Virus record (IMG/VR): IMGVR_UViG_3300042334_001734
Location: 1 to 25,960 of that record
DNA from: a virus
Lineage: Duplodnaviria; Caudoviricetes
DNA: 25,960 nucleotides
Direction: 5' to 3' (one strand)
Both the position numbers and the translations under genes were made by a program. The notes under the pieces are model-generated. The model ran no database searches, was not told the origin of the DNA, and worked only from the letters and a program-made list of their open reading frames with translations. This document shows positions 9,260 to 17,829 of the stretch, piece by piece; the first letter of the stretch is position 1, and each line of letters starts with the position of its first letter.

Positions 9260-10801
9260 TTATGCTCCGACCTGGAAAGGGCTAGTAGACTCACCGGTAA
9301 AATTTCCTATTTCATCCACACCAGCCACGGCTGGCGGCGTATATGGGAGTGTAGCGGCTGTAGTAGCTTGATTTGGTGTACCTGGCGCAGCGGCTGCTGG
9401 TGCAGAGGCAGCCATGGCTTGAAGATCTTTGTATGCTTGGGTCAATAACTTGCCTTCGAGCTCTTGTTCAAATTTACCTTTTGAAAAGGTGCTTCTAACT
9501 ATTTGCGCCACATAAGCATAGGTATTTTGCGGGCCGCTACTGGCTGCCACACCGAGCGCAGCAGTTCCACTGACATTATTAGCACTAACATTCATGATAC
9601 CTGTGTCAAAGTTATAGTCCGTTGGTTGATTCCACCCAATACTAAATGTAATTTCTGATGCTTCATAGTTAATGGTACCATCAGCATTAAATGGAGCAAA
9701 ATTAAAATTCTTGGCACTAACTCCGGTAGTGACTTCTCCTTGCTGTAACCAAGCGGGATCTCCTACAATTTTTAGTTTAACCGCAGCTTGGTCACCAGGA
9801 CTATACAAATAATCTGCAGCATTAGCGGCAACTTCATTGGCTTGCTTGTCGGCTCCCTGACTGCTTTGAGCACTAGCAACCATGACTGTACGGCGAGTGA
9901 TATTTCTAGGATCCGATGTAGTAGTTTCTTGATTTTTTATCTGGCTGCCACTCAACACCCAACGATATAGATTATTAAATTCTTGACTAAAATCTAATAC
10001 CTGTGTATTTTGTCCTGTAAACCAATAATTATAAACCTTGTGCAGGCCTCGAAATCGACTGGTAGGAAAATATTCACTTTGCATCTGAGTAATAGCATAG
10101 GTACTGATTGTATAGGTCATTCGATAAGCAAAATCGTTGCGAAGACTATCCCAGGCCAATGGAACAGCGGTTACATTGATTTTAAACCATGCCATTTGCC
10201 CTGTTTTATTATTGGCATTTGGTACTTGTTTACCTGTGACTTCGTCCGTGGTGTACAAGGCTTGATCGGATATGTAGCTGCTGTTGCGCATGACCTTGTC
10301 AATGAACTGTACAATTTGTGTTCCTGCTTGAACTTTTTCAGATCTAGAAGAAGTGTCTACATTGTTTGTTACTGGAGCCAAAGATCTACCGTTGGCATCT
10401 TTAGCTTGCATTGATGTTGCACTAAAGTTAGTACTGCCAGGTTTTTTAATCGTGCTGGCAGCCATAGATGCTGGAGCAAATTTTATTTCATATATGTCGG
10501 CCACTTTTTGTTTGCCAGCTGTAACTTTTCCTTGTTGATAGGTGTTTAAGGCCTCACATAATCCAGTAAAAGTTGAATTAACTTTAGTAGCTGCTGCGGC
10601 TGTGGGTGGTGCATTGCCAGCACTTGTGGGTGGTGCGGCGGCTGCAGCTGGAGTGGCACCAGTTGACGGCACCGCAGTTCCGCTACTGCCAGGTAACAGT
10701 CCACCACCGGTTGCACTAGCAGCACGACCACCAAGTGGAACATAAGCCGGAGTGGTTGTAACCCCGGCGGCTTTTTGTGCTGATTCAAATGAGGTTGCCA
10801 T
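9260..10801 (-). CDS. Baseplate hub-type protein (gp27/late control D-like C-terminal part)
   Basis: The likely start is MATSFESAQK at 10801, 4 nt after the upstream stop, rather than 10891. YNYWFTGQNTQVLDF, VKLKIVGDPAWL and VRSTFSKGKFEQELEG resemble hub C-terminal domains. Lies just upstream of the spike gene. Confidence 0.6.
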   Translation of the reverse strand: MATSFESAQKAAGVTTTPAYVPLGGRAASATGGGLLPGSSGTAVPSTGATPAAAAAPPTSAGNAPPTAAAATKVNSTFTGLCEALNTYQQGKVTAGKQKVADIYEIKFAPASMAASTIKKPGSTNFSATSMQAKDANGRSLAPVTNNVDTSSRSEKVQAGTQIVQFIDKVMRNSSYISDQALYTTDEVTGKQVPNANNKTGQMAWFKINVTAVPLAWDSLRNDFAYRMTYTISTYAITQMQSEYFPTSRFRGLHKVYNYWFTGQNTQVLDFSQEFNNLYRWVLSGSQIKNQETTTSDPRNITRRTVMVASAQSSQGADKQANEVAANAADYLYSPGDQAAVKLKIVGDPAWLQQGEVTTGVSAKNFNFAPFNADGTINYEASEITFSIGWNQPTDYNFDTGIMNVSANNVSGTAALGVAASSGPQNTYAYVAQIVRSTFSKGKFEQELEGKLLTQAYKDLQAMAASAPAAAAPGTPNQATTAATLPYTPPAVAGVDEIGNFTGESTSPFQVGA

Positions 10802-10805
10802 AATA

Positions 10806-12212
10806 TTACGGTGCCACCACTGCAAACGGACTAGCAGTTTCACCGGTAAAGTTTCCATTGATATCGATACCAGCACTAGCTGTGATGTCATTTACTGAGG
10901 TGGCCGGTGCTGGGCCTGGTGCACTGGTAGCTGGTGCCGATGTAGTTGTTCTAGCGCCTGGATCCACTGTAGGATATTGTGTGCCCACTGGTTTACCTAC
11001 TAGTATGTCTGACACTGTTTCGCCAACAAATTCAAACTGTAGAGGAATACTACCACGGTCCTGACTTAGGGCAGTTTGATACGGTATTGGGTTGCAGGTC
11101 ACATGATATTCGATTTGTTTGGTAACCAGACGAAATGTTAAATCTCGAATTACAAATGGATAGTATTTTTCAACCACTGATTTGGTACTGCCTTGTCCAG
11201 GATACCCAACCAACCCCTGGCTACGTATGGGATTTACTAAATTTCCTTGTTCATCGTAGCCATAAAATCTAATAACCATGCAATACTGTGCCTGGAGGTA
11301 GGCTGCGGCTTTGTCAGTAACATTAGCCTGTTTATACAAGGTAGTCACTGCATTATGCAAATTATTAATTAAAGTTATTCCGTTGGGTTCTGTAACAGTA
11401 AATTCAAATTTTTGTGCCGAGTGTGATAGACCCGATCCTTTGCCTGGGGTATAACTATCAATTATTAAATTGTCCATGTAGTAGTCTAATTGGAAAAATT
11501 GATTGCGCCCAATTTGGCTGGCGCCACCAGTTTGCGCCAGCAAGCTCCAGGTTGAAATATTTTTTGAGCCATTGGTAAAATCTGTGTACTGTGTTGGTGT
11601 TAACACATACCAGCTGAGTCCATAGGTATAGCTAGTATAGGCATCCAATACATTTGGTTGTGGAATAATTTGTTGATTAAACGAAGCACTGATAATTTGC
11701 TGAGCTGGTTTAACAGTTGGTGCAGTATTGTCTTCACGTTCTGCACCGACCCCGGGACTGGTAGCGGGTGCGGCCACTAGGCTGGAATTTGCATTTGTAT
11801 TTGATGCTGGAGTGCCTTGAGAATTTGTCAATGACAAGGTAGACGCTGTTGCGCCATCGGTGCTAACATAAGAAGAATTTACTGTGCCAGCAGCCGGAAC
11901 AATTCGACCGTCAGCAGCTGTTTGAATTGTAACTGTAGTTGGTGGTGTAGCTGGATTTTGTATACCGGTGGTGCCGTCATCTTGGGCTACTTGGCCTGCA
12001 CTGGCAGTTGGCACTGCAGCAGTTGTTTGTGCCGCCTGCAATAATTCTTGAGCATTGGTCAATTGGTTTGCAAGAACTGCAACTTGACTAGCAATTTGTT
12101 GCGCCAAGGCAGTGTTTCCAGCACCAATGGCAACATTTTGTTGTTGATTAAGCGACGAGATCTGTGCTTGTAAAGTAGCAATCTGTATTTGTAAAGATTG
12201 AATGTCTGCCAT
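10806..12212 (-). CDS. Baseplate hub-type protein (N-terminal part) with coiled-coil and low-complexity leader
   Basis: 468 aa. Gln-rich coiled coil, then a Thr/Ala linker, then a globular region PQPNVLDAYTSYTY...FEFTVTEPNGITLI...YCMVIRFYGYD. Context between gp53-like and gp5-like genes. Confidence 0.6.
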   Translation of the reverse strand: MADIQSLQIQIATLQAQISSLNQQQNVAIGAGNTALAQQIASQVAVLANQLTNAQELLQAAQTTAAVPTASAGQVAQDDGTTGIQNPATPPTTVTIQTAADGRIVPAAGTVNSSYVSTDGATASTLSLTNSQGTPASNTNANSSLVAAPATSPGVGAEREDNTAPTVKPAQQIISASFNQQIIPQPNVLDAYTSYTYGLSWYVLTPTQYTDFTNGSKNISTWSLLAQTGGASQIGRNQFFQLDYYMDNLIIDSYTPGKGSGLSHSAQKFEFTVTEPNGITLINNLHNAVTTLYKQANVTDKAAAYLQAQYCMVIRFYGYDEQGNLVNPIRSQGLVGYPGQGSTKSVVEKYYPFVIRDLTFRLVTKQIEYHVTCNPIPYQTALSQDRGSIPLQFEFVGETVSDILVGKPVGTQYPTVDPGARTTTSAPATSAPGPAPATSVNDITASAGIDINGNFTGETASPFAVVAP

Positions 12213-12213
12213 G

Positions 12214-12513
12214 TTAGAATCCTAGCACTGAGCGAAGAGTTGTAATTTTGGGTACATATATCTGTGTATCTGCTACAAAATCTAACGGGGGTTTGGTCAA
12301 TGTGTTGGGATTACGCTGATAAAACACCCACCAAAGGCCGGCATTGTCATAAAGGTCAAATGCTAACAGGTCAGGACGATACTGATAGGTGGTATTAATT
12401 TTAAACAAGATATCATCAGTTTGTTTAGGGATAGGTCTATTGACCATTACATCTAGAAAAAATTGACTATAGCCAGTTTGAAAATACGGACTAGTTGGAT
12501 CATAGTTGGCCAT
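12214..12513 (-). CDS. gp53: Baseplate wedge subunit, gp53/LysM-like
   Basis: 99 aa. YQYRPDLLAFDLYDNAGLWWVFYQRNP matches the RPDxxAxxLY...LWW pattern of gp53-like proteins. Confidence 0.8.
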   Translation of the reverse strand: MANYDPTSPYFQTGYSQFFLDVMVNRPIPKQTDDILFKINTTYQYRPDLLAFDLYDNAGLWWVFYQRNPNTLTKPPLDFVADTQIYVPKITTLRSVLGF

Positions 12514-13937
12514 TACCAGAATCCTCCTTTGAGCAAGTTTCCATTAGCGTATTCCTTAAGACTGAACTGTTTGCTAACTTGTTGTCGACTTTGCACTGGC
12601 AATAATGTCAATTGAATTTCCATTTTAGTTGGTACATACGTTGGTCTATTTAGACCTAAGGTGGGCGGTGCAGCACTACCAGTTATGGCGCCCTTGGTCA
12701 AAAACGCCGCTGCCAATCTATTTACAGTACCAAAAATGCTGTTGGTTGCCACACTTTGCCGATCACGAATATTATTAAAATTAAGACCTGCATTGTTAGG
12801 ACTTCCAGCACGAATATAGTCTACATCTGCCGGTAAATTATAATTAAAACTGCTAATTGCACAAGCATGCTCTCTAAATTGATAATCACCAAGGCCTGAC
12901 AAATATACTAACGGTGGCGGAGTGCCGCGCTCGGCATCTTGTCCATAAAACATTTTGGTAGCTGAACGTAAAAAATGTATCACTGCCAACAAGTAGTTAG
13001 CATCGTTGGTATCCTGCGCTGTAAATATGGCTGTTAAATTAATTTCATTTACATAACTGTTTTGATACCAATATCCTCGATAGTTTGAGTGAGTTAAATC
13101 ATACGGAGTATACTGAGCTCGGTACACGGTGTTTATAGCCGGAGTGTATGGAAATATAATGCCATCGGTGACTTGTAAGGGTTTGAGAATACCCGGATTA
13201 GGTGCGTTATATAGATATTTGGCCTGAGGGGCCAGGCGCAATCTTACACGCCAGTCGCCATTGTTGATCTGTTTGCGTTGATCAGCAATGGTTTTTTGAG
13301 CTTGGGCGCCTTTGATTAGCCCTTGGATATTTGCGTCAGCAGCAGCACTGTCGGCTGATGTACCGGTGCCGGTATTTCTCTCGGTTGTAACTGCACTGAC
13401 CTCTTGTGGTACATTAGGATCTTCAGTTGGACTAGCAGCCTCACCATTGATATCGGTTATCGGTAAATCTTCGGCGGCTACAAAAGAGCCATCTGCTTGT
13501 TGAACAAATCCACCACCGGCTGTGGGATCGGTAGCCGGATCGACTGGAAGATCTTCGGCGGCCTGAAACACCCCAGGTGATGTTTCAACAAACCCACTGT
13601 CTGCTGCACTCACCGCGGTGTTGCTATTGACATCACCGTCTGTTACTATTGTTTCGCCTGGCGCCAAACTTGTTGCCGGATCAACCGATGTGGCGGCCCG
13701 ACTTACTGTTGCAGATGTTGTTACCAGTGTTTGTCCTGGACTGGTGTTGGTAGTATTTGGTGTTAAAATTAACGAGGTTGCTGAATCTGTTTGCGTAACT
13801 GTGCCACCAGCAGCAATGGTAGCCGCAGTATTTTGTGTAGTAGCGGAAGCAACATTTTGATTTTGCCCAGTGGTATAGCTATCAAATTGCTCTTGGGTTA
13901 TTTCAACATATTGTCCATCTATGAGTACTTGTGGCAT
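12513..13937 (-). CDS. Tail-tube initiator-like (gp48/gp54-type) protein with acidic low-complexity N-terminal extension
   Basis: 474 aa. The C-terminal domain GIIFPYTPAI...THSNY...FLRSATKMFYG...GTPPPLVYLSGLG resembles tube-fold baseplate proteins that precede LysM genes. The N-terminal ~220 aa are Thr/Asp/Ala-rich. Confidence 0.6.
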   Translation of the reverse strand: MPQVLIDGQYVEITQEQFDSYTTGQNQNVASATTQNTAATIAAGGTVTQTDSATSLILTPNTTNTSPGQTLVTTSATVSRAATSVDPATSLAPGETIVTDGDVNSNTAVSAADSGFVETSPGVFQAAEDLPVDPATDPTAGGGFVQQADGSFVAAEDLPITDINGEAASPTEDPNVPQEVSAVTTERNTGTGTSADSAAADANIQGLIKGAQAQKTIADQRKQINNGDWRVRLRLAPQAKYLYNAPNPGILKPLQVTDGIIFPYTPAINTVYRAQYTPYDLTHSNYRGYWYQNSYVNEINLTAIFTAQDTNDANYLLAVIHFLRSATKMFYGQDAERGTPPPLVYLSGLGDYQFREHACAISSFNYNLPADVDYIRAGSPNNAGLNFNNIRDRQSVATNSIFGTVNRLAAAFLTKGAITGSAAPPTLGLNRPTYVPTKMEIQLTLLPVQSRQQVSKQFSLKEYANGNLLKGGFW

Positions 13938-13958
13938 TGATCAGTCCTGTTATCCATA

Positions 13959-13964
13959 TATTTA
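13959..13964 (-). promoter_or_regulatory. Putative late promoter (TAAATA) for the virion operon
   Basis: GGTAAATA about 21 nt upstream of the ATG at 13937, followed by an AGGA RBS-like element. Confidence 0.5.
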
Positions 13965-14000
13965 CCGCAAGAAAAAACGGCATATTTAATGATTAAAAGG

Positions 14001-14028
14001 TTGACAACTGTGGGTTTTATGCTACAAT
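14001..14028 (+). promoter_or_regulatory. Sigma70-type promoter with extended -10
   Basis: TTGACA (14001-14006), 16-nt spacer, TG-C-TACAAT (-10 at 14023-14028). RBS AGGAGG at 14041-14046 precedes the TTG start. Confidence 0.75.
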
Positions 14029-14053
14029 AAATACACTATTAGGAGGTTTATTC

Positions 14054-14947
14054 TTGGCCACACCCATCACAAAAACACCAGCAAAAACAAATTATCTCAA
14101 TAATAGAGATATCTTAAAACAAATTCACCTAAGCAAAAATACCTACTGTAGTTACACAGATCCTGTAGCTGATCATCAGTACGATATTATTTTGCCCACC
14201 TTGTTAAAAATCAATCAACGCACTATTGCAGAAGCTCGTCGCAATCGTGCCGACAGATTCAAGCGCGAAGGTATTGTCATTGACCCTAAAAAGATTGCCA
14301 ACACTGATTTAGTATTTAGAATTACCTGTTGGGAACACATACCCATGGCACCTAAAAAAATACCCAAAACTCAGGCTAAAAAGAAGAAAATCGAAGACAT
14401 TTTTGAATTAGAATTAGAATCAGATGATCCCTTGGCCGACCTAATTGATATTCCTGTGTTGGATCCCAAGCATGTGCGTTTACCATTTCCGCCGTTTTAC
14501 CACTATCGGTTAGATGAAAACAAAGTGCCATTTCAAGTGGGCAAAAGCCACTGGATTGGTGATTTCGCTCATGGTGAATTCAGCAAGGAACATGGAACAA
14601 TGACCCGTACATTGGCTACAATGTTTATGAAGTTATGTGAACGCTATGCCACTCGATCAAACTGGCGGGGATATACCTACAACGAAGAAATGCGTGGACA
14701 GGCCTTGTTGCAATTAAGCCAGATTGGCCTACAGTTTGACGAAAGTAAATCACAGAATCCGTTTGCATATTATACCGCGGCAATCACTAACTCGTTTACT
14801 AGAATTTTAAATTTAGAAAAGAAAAATCAAAATATTCGCGATGACATGCTAGAGCAAGCCGGATTAAATCCGTCGTGGACCAGGCAAAACGCCGGCAAGA
14901 AGGATCCTAACTTTGGCGCGGTAGTTACCATCATTACTCCAGAGTAA
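14054..14947 (+). CDS. gp55: Late-transcription sigma factor, T4 gp55-like
   Basis: 297 aa. N-terminal NYLNNRDIL and C-terminal NWRGYTYNEEMRGQAL...QFDESKSQNPFAYYTAAITNSFTRILNLEKK are gp55 hallmarks. Upstream of gp47/gp46 as in T4-like phages. Confidence 0.85.
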   Translation: MATPITKTPAKTNYLNNRDILKQIHLSKNTYCSYTDPVADHQYDIILPTLLKINQRTIAEARRNRADRFKREGIVIDPKKIANTDLVFRITCWEHIPMAPKKIPKTQAKKKKIEDIFELELESDDPLADLIDIPVLDPKHVRLPFPPFYHYRLDENKVPFQVGKSHWIGDFAHGEFSKEHGTMTRTLATMFMKLCERYATRSNWRGYTYNEEMRGQALLQLSQIGLQFDESKSQNPFAYYTAAITNSFTRILNLEKKNQNIRDDMLEQAGLNPSWTRQNAGKKDPNFGAVVTIITPE

Positions 14948-14952
14948 TAACT

Positions 14953-15738
14953 ATGATTAATCGAATTATTCTTGTGGGGTGTTCACATAGTGCTAATTCT
15001 GGATTTACTGAACAAAACAGTCATAAACATTATCCTAATCTTTTAAAAAAACAGACTGGATGCGACGTTATTAATTTGTCAATCGGTGGTATGAGCAACC
15101 ATGAAATTTTTTTAAGGGCGGTGGAGTACATTACAATAAGTGACATTAATGAACATGATGTTTTATTAGTGCAGTGGAGTTGTTTACATAGAATATGGGT
15201 GTATCAACAAGATAATAATGTTGACAACTTTACCCAAGTATTACCTCACCCAAGTGGACTCAATCCAGATTTAGCATGGCCGTTGTATAAGACCCATTCT
15301 GCTTATTATTGCAATGATTACATGGCACTAAAATTTTGGTTTGAATATATGATTTCTCTACAAGCAGTATGCAAATTAAAAAATATTAACTATGTATTTG
15401 TAAATGGGTCTAATAATTTAGTCGACAAATTGAATGTTTATCGTAATCAAACTATTACTTCATTAGAAAATATTAATCTTTGCGAAAATTTAAGGAAAAT
15501 ACTTGATTTTGATAATCGGGATGATTCGTACATATTACAGAAACTAAACATTCTTCTTGGTCTATATAACCAACTTGATTTTAATAATTGTTTAAAATTT
15601 GGAGCATTTTATTTTGGCCAAGCTGAATTGGATTTGTCAGATGATAACAGACATTTTGGAGAGCAGTGTAATCTACTTTGGGCCGATGAGATTCTACATC
15701 ACCTAGATAGAAATTGCCAGTCTGATTGTAATTTATAA
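14953..15738 (+). CDS. SGNH/GDSL hydrolase-like accessory protein
   Basis: 261 aa. Block I ILVGCSHS, NLSIGGMSN, VQWS and C-terminal DNRHFG (DxxH). Confidence 0.7.
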   Translation: MINRIILVGCSHSANSGFTEQNSHKHYPNLLKKQTGCDVINLSIGGMSNHEIFLRAVEYITISDINEHDVLLVQWSCLHRIWVYQQDNNVDNFTQVLPHPSGLNPDLAWPLYKTHSAYYCNDYMALKFWFEYMISLQAVCKLKNINYVFVNGSNNLVDKLNVYRNQTITSLENINLCENLRKILDFDNRDDSYILQKLNILLGLYNQLDFNNCLKFGAFYFGQAELDLSDDNRHFGEQCNLLWADEILHHLDRNCQSDCNL

Positions 15739-15754
15739 TTTATTAATGTATAAT
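15726..15754 (+). promoter_or_regulatory. Putative sigma70-type promoter upstream of gp47
   Basis: TTGTAA (15726-15731), 17-nt spacer, TATAAT (15749-15754). The AT-rich context lowers specificity. Confidence 0.45.
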
Positions 15755-15762
15755 TTAAAAAT

Positions 15763-16779
15763 ATGACAAATCTATTCAAAAAAACGGCTGTGATGACTGA
15801 TATACACTTTGGTTTAAAGTCTAATAGCATTGTGCACCTGCGGGACTGCGAAGATTTTGTTGATTGGTTTATTGCCAAGGCCCGTGAAGAGAGATGTGAA
15901 ACCGGCATGTTCCTAGGCGATTGGCATCACTCTAGAGCTGCAATTAACATGCAGACCTTGCATGTATCACTTAGGTGTTTAGAAAAACTATCTGCAGCGT
16001 TTGATCATTTTTATTTTATTCCCGGCAATCACGATCTATACTATCGTGACAAGCGCGATATTCACGGAGCGGAGTGGGCTCGGCATTTGCCCAATATTAC
16101 CATTGTCAACGACTGGTTTAAACAAGACGATGTTATAATTGCACCTTGGCTGGTTGGTGACGATCATAAGAAACTAAAAAAAATGTCGTCAAAGTACATG
16201 TTTGGACATTTTGAATTGCCACATTTTAAAATGAATGCTATGGTAGAGATGCCGGACCATGGTGAAATCAAGGTAGAAAACTTTGGTGGGATTGACCGTG
16301 TGTTTAGTGGACATTTTCATTTGCGTCAGCAACGTAAAAATATTACCTATATTGGAAACTGTTTCCCACACAACTTTGCCGATGCCGGGGACGATAAACG
16401 AGGTATGATGGTACTAGAGTGGGACAAAGAACCAGTTTATTATGCATGGCCTGGGCAACCTCTATATCGTGTTATGAGGTTAAGTGAAGCAATTGACAAC
16501 GGTGCTAACATTCTAAAACCCAATATGCATGTGCGTGTAGAGTTAGACATTGACATTAGCTATGAGGAAGCAACCTTTATTAAAGATAAATTTGTCAAGG
16601 ATTATAACTTACGAGAAATGGCCTTAATTCCAGTTAAAAGCACAGCAGTAGACATGGACATGTCTCCCGGAGAAGTCAAATTTGAAAGTGTAGATCAAAT
16701 TGTCACAGATCAGTTGACCAATATTGAAAGTGAATTTTACGATCCTAAATTACTATTGAAAATATATCAGAACCTATGA
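15763..16779 (+). CDS. gp47: Recombination endonuclease subunit, gp47/Mre11/SbcD-like metallophosphoesterase
   Basis: 338 aa. Motifs TDIHFG, LGDWHH, PGNHD, GHFE and SGHFH. Confidence 0.93.
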   Translation: MTNLFKKTAVMTDIHFGLKSNSIVHLRDCEDFVDWFIAKAREERCETGMFLGDWHHSRAAINMQTLHVSLRCLEKLSAAFDHFYFIPGNHDLYYRDKRDIHGAEWARHLPNITIVNDWFKQDDVIIAPWLVGDDHKKLKKMSSKYMFGHFELPHFKMNAMVEMPDHGEIKVENFGGIDRVFSGHFHLRQQRKNITYIGNCFPHNFADAGDDKRGMMVLEWDKEPVYYAWPGQPLYRVMRLSEAIDNGANILKPNMHVRVELDIDISYEEATFIKDKFVKDYNLREMALIPVKSTAVDMDMSPGEVKFESVDQIVTDQLTNIESEFYDPKLLLKIYQNL

Positions 16780-16976
16780 GTTGGCGATCAGTGCAATTAA
16801 GCAATGACTTGTGTGAGCAAGATCAATTAATAGTAAATTTGTGCAAAGAAAACTTGGTAAACTATGTTGGTACAGACGCTAAGTTTGCACAACTTTTACA
16901 TTGTTACCCGTTGGCTACTAATTTAGTGTCAACAATCCAATTTAAAATTAAAAATCCTGATGCTAATACCAATTGA
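16776..16976 (+). CDS. Short hypothetical protein, possibly a truncated remnant
   Basis: 66 aa. ATGA-coupled to the gp47 stop and overlaps the next ORF by 17 nt. Confidence 0.45.
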   Translation: MSWRSVQLSNDLCEQDQLIVNLCKENLVNYVGTDAKFAQLLHCYPLATNLVSTIQFKIKNPDANTN

Positions 16977-17829
16977 TTTTGTAGCGGGCACTCATGGCCA
17001 CTTTTTAGAAGTAGTATTAAATAATTTTTTTAACACTGCCGCACCAACTCTGGACCCCTTTAACTCACTTGGTGCAAGTCACAAAGTTAATTCTAAATAT
17101 TTAAACTCGAGGATATTTGTGGCCCAACATTGGTTTGAAGATCCTAGTGATCGGTTGTCTCAATTTAATCGTGCAATTTCTATACAATTTGATCAGGACG
17201 ATTTATTATTAGTATCGTCGGTGAGCTTATTACGAGCTGGTGATCAAGGACTTGATAACAATCAATTAGAAATTAATACTTATTCTAAACTTAGTAACGA
17301 TTTTTATCAAGAGATGTTAGTAGAAATTTTAAATGCATACCCAAATGTTGATACCGGCAGCGGCTCGATTCCTAGAAACATTTTAAGAGAATTTTTTAAA
17401 TTTGGGTTTTCAAATCCAAATATCAATGGCTATTGGAAAAAACAACAACAAATGCACTATACAATGCCGGTGTTTATATTTAAATTTAAAGCATTTTATA
17501 ATTATAATTTGTTTGTTGATACTTTAAAAAAATTGCAAAATTTTATAGAAATACCTTTTAAATTCGATAGTAATCTCGAAATGCTACACAAAAAATTTCT
17601 AACTTTAATACCATATATTGGTCATAAGGTGCAGTGCGATAATATTATATCGGCTATCCAACGAGGTCAACCACAACGCATTCCTTCGTTGACACTGTTT
17701 CAAGAAAGTTATATTAATGGCCAGTTAGAAAATATTTACAAAAAAGAGATGCCATTTCATAACCTAACCTACTTTACATCTACAAAAGATGTGTTACAAT
17801 ATTTAGAAACTCGGGCACCTAATCTATGA
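16960..17829 (+). CDS. Hypothetical accessory protein with sulfotransferase-like N-terminal loop
   Basis: 289 aa, AT-rich. N-terminal IPIDFVAGTHGHFLEVVL strand-loop-helix. Sits between gp47 and gp46. Confidence 0.6.
   Translation: MLIPIDFVAGTHGHFLEVVLNNFFNTAAPTLDPFNSLGASHKVNSKYLNSRIFVAQHWFEDPSDRLSQFNRAISIQFDQDDLLLVSSVSLLRAGDQGLDNNQLEINTYSKLSNDFYQEMLVEILNAYPNVDTGSGSIPRNILREFFKFGFSNPNINGYWKKQQQMHYTMPVFIFKFKAFYNYNLFVDTLKKLQNFIEIPFKFDSNLEMLHKKFLTLIPYIGHKVQCDNIISAIQRGQPQRIPSLTLFQESYINGQLENIYKKEMPFHNLTYFTSTKDVLQYLETRAPNL
17773..17800 (+). promoter_or_regulatory. Putative sigma70-type promoter for gp46 inside the upstream ORF
   Basis: TTTACA, 16-nt spacer, TG-T-TACAAT; same geometry as the promoter at 14001. 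Confidence 0.5.

Noticed and set aside
10802-10891. Upstream start for the 543-aa ORF, or a frameshift joining it to the 468-aa ORF
   Set aside because: It overlaps the conserved C-terminal motif of the previous gene, there is no slippery sequence, and ATG 10801 fits reinitiation.
519-13860. Numerous 60-134 aa plus-strand ORFs and short alternate-frame ORFs
   Set aside because: They are shadows of long minus-strand structural genes with biased codon usage.
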